A program made the translations under genes and the position numbers. DNA of 64,000 bases, taken from Thermodesulfobacteriota bacterium. Its GTDB lineage: Bacteria > Desulfobacterota > Desulfobacteria > Desulfobacterales > JARGFK01. Of this stretch, positions 55,406-64,000 are shown one piece after another. Positions within the stretch are counted from its first letter, which is position 1, and the number at the start of each line of letters is the position of its first letter. The notes under the pieces were generated by a model. That model searched no databases. It was not told where the DNA came from and saw nothing but the letters and a program-made list of their open reading frames with translations. Where the stretch lies: contig JBFLWU010000010.1 of assembly GCA_040757625.1 (NCBI GenBank), positions 56,898-120,897 on the forward strand, written 5' to 3'.

Positions 55406-57496
55406 TCAGGTCGAAATTTTAGAAAAATCGGCAAAAAGCGCAAAAAGGGCTGCAATCCGCCCCAGCAGGGCCAGGCGATTGGCGCGCAGCTGCGCATCTT
55501 CGGCCATGACCAGCACGCCGTCGAAAAATGCGTCAACCGCACTGCGCAGCGAGGCAATGTCCCGCAGGGCTTCGTTGAAGGCCCCCTGATCAAGATGAGC
55601 CATCACCCTTGCCTGCACTGTTTTATATGCCGAAAAAAGTTCAGCTTCGCACGCATGCTCGAACAGCCCCTCGGAGACTTCGCCGGCCGCGCGGTCCATC
55701 GCACTTGCGCCGGCCTGCTTAATGATATTGACCACCCGTTTGAACGCAACCGCCAGCGGTTCAAAATCCGGTTCCGATTTCAGAACCTGCAGGGCCCGGG
55801 CCCTTTTCCAGACATTGGGCACGTGCTCGACCGAAACGCTCACGATTGCGGCAATCACGTCTTTGGAAAAACCCTCATCCGCCAGCAGGTACGCAATGCG
55901 ATCCCGCAGAAAGGTGTAGATGCGTTCGACGGTCTGATTGAATTCGGTATCGCTCCCGTGGGCGAAAAATCCCAGACTCCTTTCAATCAATTGCCGCAAG
56001 GACAGCTGCAGATTTTGCGACAGCATGATTTGGATGATGCCGATCCCCTGGCGCCGGAGGGCATAGGGATCCGAGGCCCCCGTCGGGATTAACCCCACCC
56101 GGAAACAACCGCAGATGGAGTCGATCTTATCGGCAATGCCCAGCAGCGCACCGGCGGTTGACCGGGGAAGCGCCCCGCCCGAATAAGTCGGCTGATAATG
56201 TTCGGCGATGGCCAGCGCCACGGCCGGAGGCTCGTCCCCGGCCTGCGCATAAACCCGCCCCATGATGCCCTGCAGTTTGGGGAATTCACCCACGACCTGG
56301 CTGACCAGATCCGCTTTGCACAATAAGGCTGCCCGGCCGATCTCATCCCGGGCCTTGGGATCCAGGTCGGCTTCCTCGGCCAGAATTTCAACCAGGCGGA
56401 CCAGGCGCATGGTCTTCTCGTAAACGCTTCCCAGATCGGCCTGAAACAGAACGCCGCGCAGCTTTTCAACCCGTTCGTCCATGGATTCCGTCAGATCGCT
56501 CTTATAAAAAAAACGGGCATCTTCCAACCGGGCCCGCAAGACCCGTTCATGCCCCTTGGCGACCAGATTCATATCTCTCGCACGGGTATTGTTGACCGCA
56601 ACAAAACAGGGCAGCAGTTTTCCGGAATCGTCAACGACGGCAAAATACTTCTGATGTTCACGCATGGCCGTAATCAATATTTCCTGGGGCAGCTCTAAAA
56701 ACTTTTTATCAAATCGCCCCAGGATCGCCGCCGGATATTCAACCAGGTTGGTGACAATCTCCACCAGTTCATCATCCGGCAGAATGCCGCCGCCGCTCTG
56801 GGCAGCCGCTTTTTCAATCTCTTTCTCCAGCAGCGCTCTGCGCTCAGCCGCATCGGCGACCACGTGGGCACCCCGCAGAGTGGCCACATAGTTTTCGGGG
56901 GAGCCGATTTTGATTTTATCCGGTTTCATGAAACTGTGCCCGAAGGTATGGCGGCCGCTGGCGATGTTCCCCAAACGAAAGGAGATGACCTGGTTTCCCC
57001 ACAGGGCCATGATGGAGCGGATCGGTCTCGCGAACAGGATCCGCAACCCTGCCCATTTCATGGCCTTGGGAAACGGTATCGCCTGAATCGTGCGGGGCAG
57101 GATGCGCGCCATCAGGGTTTTGGTTGACAGCCCCCGTTCCGTCTTCCTGGCGCACAGGTATCGACCCTTGGGCGTTTCCCGCACGGTGATCCGGTTGAAA
57201 GGCATGCCGATTTTTTCGGCAAATTTAAAGGCGGCCACTGTGGGAGCACCGCCGGCATCAAATCCGATCCGTTCAGGCGGCCCCAGCACTTCGGTTACCA
57301 GAGCGCGCTGTTTGGCGGCAACCGCCTCAACCGCCACCGCCATCCGCCGGGGCGTCCCAAACAACCGGGCGCTGCCGTGTTCGATGCGGTTCTGCTCCAG
57401 CACCTGCAAGAGCAGGGCTGCAAATCCTTCCAGAGCGGGCCGGATATAACCGGCCGGTATTTCTTCCGTTCCAATTTCAATCAATAATGTATTCAT
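55406..57496 (-). CDS. glyS: Glycine--tRNA ligase beta subunit
   Basis: 696 aa. Typical N-terminus LLIEIGTEEIPAGY. Downstream of glyQ. Confidence 0.95.
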   Translation of the reverse strand: MNTLLIEIGTEEIPAGYIRPALEGFAALLLQVLEQNRIEHGSARLFGTPRRMAVAVEAVAAKQRALVTEVLGPPERIGFDAGGAPTVAAFKFAEKIGMPFNRITVRETPKGRYLCARKTERGLSTKTLMARILPRTIQAIPFPKAMKWAGLRILFARPIRSIMALWGNQVISFRLGNIASGRHTFGHSFMKPDKIKIGSPENYVATLRGAHVVADAAERRALLEKEIEKAAAQSGGGILPDDELVEIVTNLVEYPAAILGRFDKKFLELPQEILITAMREHQKYFAVVDDSGKLLPCFVAVNNTRARDMNLVAKGHERVLRARLEDARFFYKSDLTESMDERVEKLRGVLFQADLGSVYEKTMRLVRLVEILAEEADLDPKARDEIGRAALLCKADLVSQVVGEFPKLQGIMGRVYAQAGDEPPAVALAIAEHYQPTYSGGALPRSTAGALLGIADKIDSICGCFRVGLIPTGASDPYALRRQGIGIIQIMLSQNLQLSLRQLIERSLGFFAHGSDTEFNQTVERIYTFLRDRIAYLLADEGFSKDVIAAIVSVSVEHVPNVWKRARALQVLKSEPDFEPLAVAFKRVVNIIKQAGASAMDRAAGEVSEGLFEHACEAELFSAYKTVQARVMAHLDQGAFNEALRDIASLRSAVDAFFDGVLVMAEDAQLRANRLALLGRIAALFALFADFSKIST

Positions 57497-57569
57497 ACCA
57501 AAAAATCCTGTTCAGTCCTTCGGTCGCTTTGACCCGAATATTAAATGCTCTGCAGGGGCCGCCGGCTTT

Positions 57570-58481
57570 TCAATTCCCTTTGTTGCCGGATGGTTCCGTT
57601 TCTAAAAGCTGTCGATCCTTCAGCATGGGAAAACCGAGACGTTCCCGCTGCTCCAGGTATGCTTCGGCGCACATTCTGGCCAGGTTGCGGATCCGTGCGA
57701 TATAGCCGGTTCTTTCCGTCACGCTGATGGCGCCGCGGGCATCCAGAAGATTGAAAGTGTGGGAGCACTTCAAGCAATATTCATAGGCCGGCAGTACCAG
57801 TTTTTCCTGGATGACCCGCCGGGCTTCGGACTCATAGGTGCTAAAAAGGTTCAGCAGCATATCGATATCCGCCCGTTCGAAATTATAGGTCGACTGCTCC
57901 ACTTCCTGCTGATGGTGAACGTCGCCGTAAGTCACCTGGTCATTCCATTGCAGTTCGTATACGTTCTCTTTGCCCTGCAGATACATGCAAATACGCTCAA
58001 GACCGTAGGTAATTTCAACGGATGTGGGGAAAAGTTCAATGCTGCCGGCCATCTGAAAATAGGTAAACTGGGTAATTTCCATGCCGTCCAGCCATACCTC
58101 CCAGCCCAGCCCGGAAGCGCCCAGGGTGGGAGACTCCCAGTCATCCTCAACAAACCGGATGTCGTGTTCCAACGGATCGATCCCGAGCGCTTTGAGGCTT
58201 TGCAGATACAGTTTCTGGACATCATAGGGGGACGGCTTCAGGAGCACCTGATACTGGTAATAATGCTGCAGCCGATTGGGATTTTCACCGTAGCGTCCGT
58301 CCGTCGGCCGCCGGGACGGCTGAACATAAGCCACCTTCCAGGGTTCCGGTCCCAGCGCCCTTAAGAGGGTTGCCGGATGAAATGTCCCCGCTCCCACCTC
58401 CAGATCATAGGGTTGAACCAGCAGGCAGCCTTTGCGGCTCCAGAACATCTGCAACGAAAGTATCACTTGTTGAAAATTCAT
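57570..58481 (-). CDS. glyQ: Glycine--tRNA ligase alpha subunit
   Basis: 303 aa. [26 protein letters not shown]...GAGTFHPAT is highly characteristic. Confidence 0.95.
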   Translation of the reverse strand: MNFQQVILSLQMFWSRKGCLLVQPYDLEVGAGTFHPATLLRALGPEPWKVAYVQPSRRPTDGRYGENPNRLQHYYQYQVLLKPSPYDVQKLYLQSLKALGIDPLEHDIRFVEDDWESPTLGASGLGWEVWLDGMEITQFTYFQMAGSIELFPTSVEITYGLERICMYLQGKENVYELQWNDQVTYGDVHHQQEVEQSTYNFERADIDMLLNLFSTYESEARRVIQEKLVLPAYEYCLKCSHTFNLLDARGAISVTERTGYIARIRNLARMCAEAYLEQRERLGFPMLKDRQLLETEPSGNKGN

Positions 58482-58630
58482 AATTTTCTTTCCTTGCTAC
58501 GCGCGGTTATTAAAGGTTTCCCGATTCCGGGGACAACCCGCCGGCGCGTCGATTGCCTTCATGGGGCAGATCGTATCGTAATTATAATTTGTAAGAAAAG
58601 TCTTTATTACTTAGGCCTCCCGGAGTCAAT

Positions 58631-58681
58631 CAAAAAGCCGCCGGCGGCCGTATTTCGAACCGGAAACGTTTGGGTTCGAAC
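58631..58681 (-). terminator. Putative terminator after the GHMP kinase gene
   Basis: On the minus strand: TTCGAACC-(11 nt)-GGTTCGAA, then the GC-rich palindrome GGCCGCCGGCGGC followed by TTTTTG. Confidence 0.5.
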
Positions 58682-58718
58682 TCGGATCGCCGCCGCTTCG
58701 GTCTCGATAGCGGTTTGG

Positions 58719-59807
58719 CTACGCCCCATGCCTCAGGGTTAAGCCATCCGCGTCGATTTGGGCCGCCAGCAGGCGGGCGTTTCTTCTCTCGGAAAGAATC
58801 GACTCCCAGGAACCCTTCAACCGGTCAATATCATCAGGGCTCCCAAGGGCCCAGATGCATCCGCCGCCGCCGGCACCCGCAAAACGGGCGCCGCAGTTGG
58901 ATCGAACGGCGGCAGCCACCAAACGCCGGCCCACTGCGTCCAGGACGTCCGGGGTCATTTTTCTGCGAATCGCCGTTTCCCTGTTCATCGCCGCGGCAGC
59001 TGCGCCGTAATCCTCTGCAGCGATGGCTTCGGCAAAGCGGTGGGTACACGCCACGATCTCACGCCAGCGGCCGCGGTGAGCACCTTTTAGAAACTGCCCC
59101 ACCCACCGGGCGTTAACGTTTCCGGACTCATGCTGGACCCCGCAATAGGCCAGCAGCAACCGGCGTCCGATATTATTAAACGCCCTACGGCCCAGAAGGG
59201 CTCTGCGTTCAAATCCGGTTCCGCTGAGGCCGGCCTGCCAATACCAGGCATGCACCCCTCCAAATGCAGCGGCCAGCTGATCCTGCAGCCCGCAGGGTAC
59301 ACCCGCCACGCTTGCTTCGATCGCGTGCGCCAGCAGCGCAATTTTTTCCCGCAGCGCCGGCGTCAGCGTCCTGATCTGTCCCTGGGCCCCGGCAAACGCG
59401 GCCACCAGGGCCACCGCCGCCACCGAAGACCCCCCCAGCGCGCTTTTGGGCGGCGAGGCTGAATCGATCAGAATGTGCACTCCCTCGGCCCTGAAATAGG
59501 CGGCAACGGCGAAAATAAGCCCCAGCGGATGTTTAAACGGCGCATCCTCGATGGCGTACTCCGCGCTGCGAAACCCCCTGGAAGAAACCCTGACCTTGCG
59601 GTTGTTGTTGGGAACCAGCGTAACCCGCGTTCTCAGGTCCAGAGTTATGTTGACCGTGCAGGGCCTAAACCGGCAAAGGGGATAAAAAAACGTGCTGATG
59701 TCCAGCGTCCCGCCCATGTCAACCCTGCAGGGCGCCGAAGCTTCGATCTTTTCCAGAAATCTTCCCTTTCCGAAAGATGTGGACAGGGTTCCGGACCTTT
59801 TCGGCAT
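58719..59807 (-). CDS. GHMP-family sugar/small-molecule kinase
   Basis: 362 aa. GHMP motif II-like SPPKSALGGSSVAAVALVAA and motif III-like ARFAGAGGGGC. Substrate not assignable. Confidence 0.65.
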   Translation of the reverse strand: MPKRSGTLSTSFGKGRFLEKIEASAPCRVDMGGTLDISTFFYPLCRFRPCTVNITLDLRTRVTLVPNNNRKVRVSSRGFRSAEYAIEDAPFKHPLGLIFAVAAYFRAEGVHILIDSASPPKSALGGSSVAAVALVAAFAGAQGQIRTLTPALREKIALLAHAIEASVAGVPCGLQDQLAAAFGGVHAWYWQAGLSGTGFERRALLGRRAFNNIGRRLLLAYCGVQHESGNVNARWVGQFLKGAHRGRWREIVACTHRFAEAIAAEDYGAAAAAMNRETAIRRKMTPDVLDAVGRRLVAAAVRSNCGARFAGAGGGGCIWALGSPDDIDRLKGSWESILSERRNARLLAAQIDADGLTLRHGA

Positions 59808-59816
59808 GTTGCCTCC

Positions 59817-60581
59817 TTACCCGCGCAGCTTCTGCAGGAATGCAAGGCTGCGCGGTTTCTTGCCAAGGTGGAACGGCACAAAATCTTCCAAAAAAAGCTG
59901 GCTTTCCTTTAGGGCCTGCGGCGTGAAACGAATCCGCCCGGCCCTGGCGATATTCCCGCCTTCGGCCCATACGAGCTGTTTGATGGTTCCTTTTGACAAA
60001 AACAGCCGCCGGGGTGCCCCTGCTGCACACCGGTCGCATAAAATTCCGCCCTTTGGCAGGTCAACCGCAAAATCATTTAAGCGGGTCTGTTCGATCTCAA
60101 CCCTGCAGTTGCTGCAATTCACCAGATTGGGGGAAAGTCCGCACAATCGCATGAATCGTATCTGGAACAGGATGCTCAGTGCCGCTTCCGACACCTTACC
60201 CCTGTCAAGCTGGCCTAAAGCATATTCCAGCAGACGATAAAGCGGAACCTGTTTTTCGCTTTCCTCGGTCCACCCCTGAACCAGTTCCGCCCAGTAACTG
60301 GCATAGGCGGTTTTATAGATATCGGCCCGGATAGCGGCAAAGGGCTGCCGCAGGGTGGCTTCTTCCAGTACCGGCAGGCCCCTGCTGCGTGGTTCACGAC
60401 AGACAATCTCCACTGCGGAAAAAAGCTCCAGGACGCCTGCAAATCGCTTGGTGCTTTTTTTGGCCGACTTGGCGATGACGGAAATCTTACCCCGGCTCAG
60501 GGATAGAAAGGTAAGGATCAGATCGTAGTCGCCAAAATCGGTTCGGCGCAGCATGATGGCAGGGGTTGAAAAGTTTGACAT
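59817..60581 (-). CDS. recO: DNA repair protein RecO
   Basis: ATG 60581 (MSNFSTPAIMLRRTDFGDYDLILTFLS...). Zinc motif CSNC...CDRC. The track ORF start at 60644 would overlap mgtE. Confidence 0.85.
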   Translation of the reverse strand: MSNFSTPAIMLRRTDFGDYDLILTFLSLSRGKISVIAKSAKKSTKRFAGVLELFSAVEIVCREPRSRGLPVLEEATLRQPFAAIRADIYKTAYASYWAELVQGWTEESEKQVPLYRLLEYALGQLDRGKVSEAALSILFQIRFMRLCGLSPNLVNCSNCRVEIEQTRLNDFAVDLPKGGILCDRCAAGAPRRLFLSKGTIKQLVWAEGGNIARAGRIRFTPQALKESQLFLEDFVPFHLGKKPRSLAFLQKLRG

Positions 60582-60585
60582 GTTT

Positions 60586-61983
60586 TCATATATTAAGAAG
60601 CGTTGTTGCGATCTGAAAATAGAAAAACACGCTGATAATATCAATAGCGGTTGTCACAAACGGGCCGGTAGCAATGGCAGGATCAATATTGATCCGCGCA
60701 AAGCACATCGGAACCAGAGACCCTACCAGGGCGGCAACCGACATGGAACTGACCAGGGCAGCCCCGACGGAAAAAGCCAGCGCCAGGAGGTTGTAGTGCA
60801 TATGCGCCACCGTGCCGATCAGCAGCCCATAGACGGCCCCTAGGATAAGGCCGATACTCAGTTCTTTCAAAACCACCGTCCAGATATCGCGGACGTTCAG
60901 GCGACCGGTCGCAAGGCCGCGAACCACGATCGTTGAGGACTGGGTGCCGATGTTGCCTCCCATCCCCATTATAACCGGTATAAAGGCGGCCAGATAGGCG
61001 AATTTGCTTAAACTTCCCTCGAAACGACCGATAATATAAAACGCCACGATTCCCCCCAGGCAGCTGGCAAACAGCCAGGGCAGGCGGATGCGGGTGCTCC
61101 TTAAAACAGACTTTGTTTCGACGAACTCCTCACCGGCACCGGCCATTTTAAGGATGTCCTCGGTTGCCTCTTTGCGCATGATATCGATGACGTCGTCCAC
61201 GGTCACAATGCCGACGAGACTGTTGGTCTCATCAACCACCGGAACCGCCAGAAAATTATACCGGGCCACAACCCGGGCGACTTCCTCCTGATCCATGTCG
61301 GTCCGAACGGAAATGACGTCGGTCGCCATGAAGTCTTTAAGTTGGGTTTCAGGCGGTACGACCACCAGTTGCCGCAGGGAGCTGACACCGACCAGTTTCC
61401 CATATTCGTCAACCACATAAAGATAAAAAGGCATCTCCACATCCAGATACTCTTTTTGCAGAGATTCAATCGCCTGTCGGGCCGTAACGTTTTGTCGCAG
61501 TGCAATAAAATCCGGAACCATGATGCCGCCGGCGGTATCATCGTCATAACGCAGAAGACCTTCGACCTCCTCGACCCCCTCCTTTTTCATCCTTTCCAGA
61601 AAGGCTTCCGATTTTTCTTCCGGAAGCCGGCCGATCAGATCGGCAATATCATCCGTCGGCATGCTTTCCAGGATCTCAACGACATCATCCGGTGACATAT
61701 CATCAATCAGCTGCAGAAATGTATCCTCATCGAGCTCTCGAAACAATACGCCTTTCTGCTCCGTGTCTTCAATCATTTCAAAGAGCCTGCGCTGATCGGG
61801 CAAAGATAATCCCCGGAAAGCGGCCGACAGGTCGGCGGCATGGGTTTTATTCACGATTTTGCGAAGATATGATGCGGCATCCCGACGTAACAATCGCCTG
61901 ATACTGTCTATCAGAATTTTATTTTGATCAGGATTCACAATTCTCACCGCCGTCTGTCGGATTCCATCGCAATACGTTTTCAA
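60586..61983 (-). CDS. mgtE: Magnesium transporter MgtE
   Basis: 465 aa. MgtE_N, CBS pair, and a C-terminal 5-TM domain with the GMGGNIGTQS motif. Confidence 0.9.
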   Translation of the reverse strand: MKTYCDGIRQTAVRIVNPDQNKILIDSIRRLLRRDAASYLRKIVNKTHAADLSAAFRGLSLPDQRRLFEMIEDTEQKGVLFRELDEDTFLQLIDDMSPDDVVEILESMPTDDIADLIGRLPEEKSEAFLERMKKEGVEEVEGLLRYDDDTAGGIMVPDFIALRQNVTARQAIESLQKEYLDVEMPFYLYVVDEYGKLVGVSSLRQLVVVPPETQLKDFMATDVISVRTDMDQEEVARVVARYNFLAVPVVDETNSLVGIVTVDDVIDIMRKEATEDILKMAGAGEEFVETKSVLRSTRIRLPWLFASCLGGIVAFYIIGRFEGSLSKFAYLAAFIPVIMGMGGNIGTQSSTIVVRGLATGRLNVRDIWTVVLKELSIGLILGAVYGLLIGTVAHMHYNLLALAFSVGAALVSSMSVAALVGSLVPMCFARINIDPAIATGPFVTTAIDIISVFFYFQIATTLLNI

Positions 61984-61999
61984 CCTGCTGCTATCGACG

Positions 62000-62749
62000 T
62001 CAAGGAATCTTAAGGGTCACCACCTGGCCTCTTCTGCCTGGAACCGGCAGGTCCTTTTCGTTGAGGTTCAACTGCACACCCGCCGCATTGCCGATCAGCA
62101 GGCTGAATTCGGTCTGTGCTTCAAGCTCCAGTCGATCGCCAGGATTCAGGCTGTACTCCCGCGGCTTCTGGTCGTCGATAATGACCTTCAGCCACGTCTT
62201 TTCAAGGGTTAAAATTTTCAGCAGTAATTTCTGCGGCGCGGCGGCCGGCGGGGATAAAGCGGAGGGAACGTTCTGCTCGGGCGCTGATGGAATCACGGCC
62301 GGGGCATTGTTTGTTATCGCTTTGGGTCTGAATTTTTCTTTTTTTACATCGCTTTTCGGAGGAAATGAGGTAATGAGGACCGACAAAATCATGATACAGA
62401 ACACCCCCCCGAGCGACACCAGAAGGCGCGGCCAGAAATTCAGACCGGATTTTATCAGGTCGGCCTCAACCCGGGCTGTTTCCTGAAATGACCGGCGGTT
62501 TGACAAATAAAGCCGGACGGCTTCGTCCGCGTCGGCGCCGACCGACTTGGCATACCCGCGGATAAAGCCTTTGACAAAAACCTCGGCCGGCAGCCGGTCG
62601 TGGTCCTCCCGCTCGATTGCGAGCAGGTTTTCCATTCCGATCCGGGTTTCCATCGAGACCTGATTCAGGCTGATCCCCCGGTCAAGCCGGACATTCTTTA
62701 AATACCGCCCAAACGACAGCGATCTTTTATTGGTCACGATACGTTGCAT
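62000..62749 (-). CDS. rodZ: RodZ-like cytoskeleton/HTH membrane protein
   Basis: N-terminal XRE-type HTH (FGRYLKNVRLDRGISLNQVSMETRI), followed by ...VFVKGFIRGYAK, a single TM helix and a C-terminal DUF4115-like beta domain. Confidence 0.7.
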   Translation of the reverse strand: MQRIVTNKRSLSFGRYLKNVRLDRGISLNQVSMETRIGMENLLAIEREDHDRLPAEVFVKGFIRGYAKSVGADADEAVRLYLSNRRSFQETARVEADLIKSGLNFWPRLLVSLGGVFCIMILSVLITSFPPKSDVKKEKFRPKAITNNAPAVIPSAPEQNVPSALSPPAAAPQKLLLKILTLEKTWLKVIIDDQKPREYSLNPGDRLELEAQTEFSLLIGNAAGVQLNLNEKDLPVPGRRGQVVTLKIP

Positions 62750-62764
62750 TCATACCTGTTAGCG

Positions 62765-63757
62765 CTATTCGATCATTTTGACATGTGACCGCTTGCGGAG
62801 TTCTTCCAGCCACTGCTTAAATCTCTTTTCCACGATGTCTGCATAGAGCTTTTCCTGAATCCCGGCCGAAACCTCAGACAGCGGTTTTCCCGGAATCACC
62901 TGGATTTCCTGAATATAGAAGATCTGATACCCCTGGTCCGTCTCTAATACGGGGGTAACATCCCCTGTCCGTAGCCCCCTCAGGGCCTCCTGGAGCTGCG
63001 GTGAAAGAGCTTGAAGCTTAAAAAAACCGAGATCCCCCCCCTCGGCGGCCAGATTCGATTCGGAATACCGCCTGGCCAACTGTTCAAACGACTCGCCGTT
63101 TTGTAATTTTTCCAGAACCCCTGCCATTCTTCTCAGGGTATCCTGTTTTTCAACCTCACCGGCCGTTTGGGACAGCCTCATGATGATATTCCGAAGATGA
63201 TATTTCTGTTCACGACCGTATTCTTCAGAATGGGCTTCATAGTAGTCCTTGACATCCTGTTCGGTAATGACGACCTTGGATTTGACCTCCCGATTGACAA
63301 GCCTGGACCTTAAGATCTGCTCTTTCATGTTGTTGCGATATTCTTCCAGGGACATGCCGTCCTCGGCCAGCGCTTTTCGGAAATCCGCATCGGAGTAGAA
63401 GTTTTTTTCTTTTATTTTCTGCAAGGTGCTGTCAAGTTCCTCGTCGCTGACCGCTAGTTTCGCTTTTTTGATTTCCTGATCGGTTAGCTTTTGGTCAATC
63501 AGACGATCCAGAAAATCCTTCTGGAGCTTGGCCAGCACCTCGGCTTCCTTCTCGGGAGGATACCCCATCGAGTGGATCCGATTGACATAGGGCTTGATGG
63601 TCTGATTTAATTCATTGAGGGTGATGATTTCATCGTTTACAACCACGACTATCCGGTCAACGATTTCAGCGCCATGGCATATCGCACTTCCGGTCACACC
63701 CGCCCAGATAAATAAGAGGATATACATGGGAAGGAGTATCCAGCCCCGGTATTTCAT
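62765..63757 (-). CDS. SurA-like periplasmic chaperone / parvulin-type peptidyl-prolyl isomerase
   Basis: Signal peptide from ATG 63757 (MKYRGWILLPMYILLFIWAGVTG). SurA_N-like IVDRIVVVVNDEIITLNEL. Parvulin domain ...GGDLGFF...GYQIFYIQE. Start uncertain (track 63820). Confidence 0.75.
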   Translation of the reverse strand: MKYRGWILLPMYILLFIWAGVTGSAICHGAEIVDRIVVVVNDEIITLNELNQTIKPYVNRIHSMGYPPEKEAEVLAKLQKDFLDRLIDQKLTDQEIKKAKLAVSDEELDSTLQKIKEKNFYSDADFRKALAEDGMSLEEYRNNMKEQILRSRLVNREVKSKVVITEQDVKDYYEAHSEEYGREQKYHLRNIIMRLSQTAGEVEKQDTLRRMAGVLEKLQNGESFEQLARRYSESNLAAEGGDLGFFKLQALSPQLQEALRGLRTGDVTPVLETDQGYQIFYIQEIQVIPGKPLSEVSAGIQEKLYADIVEKRFKQWLEELRKRSHVKMIE

Positions 63758-63795
63758 TCGATCACATCGATAGCGCATAAAATGTCCAATACGAT

Positions 63796-64000
63796 TTACA
63801 TGCCGGTGAGCCGCTTCCATTGCGGCTGATTAATATCGACCGTATATTTCCCTCTCAGGTTTTTTATCCAAAGCTGATAAGCCTCTTCAGACTTTTGGCG
63901 GCGCAACTTTCTGACTATCAGCTCATTGATATCGGCATTTCCTGGATCCTGGCCCTGAACCTGCTGTTTTCCTTCGTAATTTTCTTTATAAAATTTAGCG
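63796..64000 (-). CDS. 3' end of a gene (5'-partial at window edge), possibly another PPIase/chaperone-family C-terminus
   Basis: The minus-strand frame is open from the window edge to TAA at 63796-63798 (...INELIVRKLRRQKSEEAYQLWIKNLRGKYTVDINQPQWKRLTGM*). The tail resembles SurA/PpiD-type C-termini. Confidence 0.35.
   Translation of the reverse strand, partial: AKFYKENYEGKQQVQGQDPGNADINELIVRKLRRQKSEEAYQLWIKNLRGKYTVDINQPQWKRLTGM

Overview
This is a bacterial chromosomal segment with almost no room for accessory genes. Gene content (PPi-dependent PFK, a fused PurS-PurS-PurL, an in-frame-TGA selenoprotein) suggests a Desulfobacterota/Deltaproteobacteria-like anaerobe. That placement is inference and cannot be verified here.

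Bases 1-14.3 kb carry a minus-strand type IV pilus-like locus. In transcription order it encodes two FimT/GspH-like minor pilins, PilW-like, PilV-like, PilX-like, a 1747-aa cysteine-rich PilY1-like adhesin, a DsbA-like protein interrupted by an in-frame TGA, a DUF4124-like protein, a 482-aa protein with four tandem repeats, a prepilin and a GspE/PilB ATPase.

The remaining 50 kb is housekeeping:
- purL/purQ
- rpsB-tsf-pyrH-frr-uppS-cdsA-dxr-rseP
- prfA-prmC, rho-rpmE, coaE, cca, adk, rpsU, folC, tRNA-Arg(CCG)
- an MFS transporter, a ClpX-like AAA+ protein, hemB, an AcuB-like CBS/ACT protein
- DUF47-PiT, pfp, smc-ftsY, HU, acyP, ligA, glyQS
- a GHMP kinase, recO, mgtE, rodZ and a SurA-like PPIase

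I found no CRISPR array, integrase, transposase, prophage or recognisable defence system.

The points most worth a second look are:
1. A likely selenocysteine (U-V-Y-C) DsbA-like oxidoreductase with SECIS-like hairpins, embedded in the pilus operon.
2. Two families of structured intergenic repeats. One shows compensatory base changes between copies.
3. A 7x 15-bp tandem repeat inside the dxr-rseP junction, plus related CCTTCAGCC inverted repeats.
4. Unusual protein architectures: the PilY1 insert, the 4-repeat protein, ClpX-like without a zinc finger, and PurS-PurS-PurL.

All calls rest on reading the translations and sequence by eye. No database search was possible.
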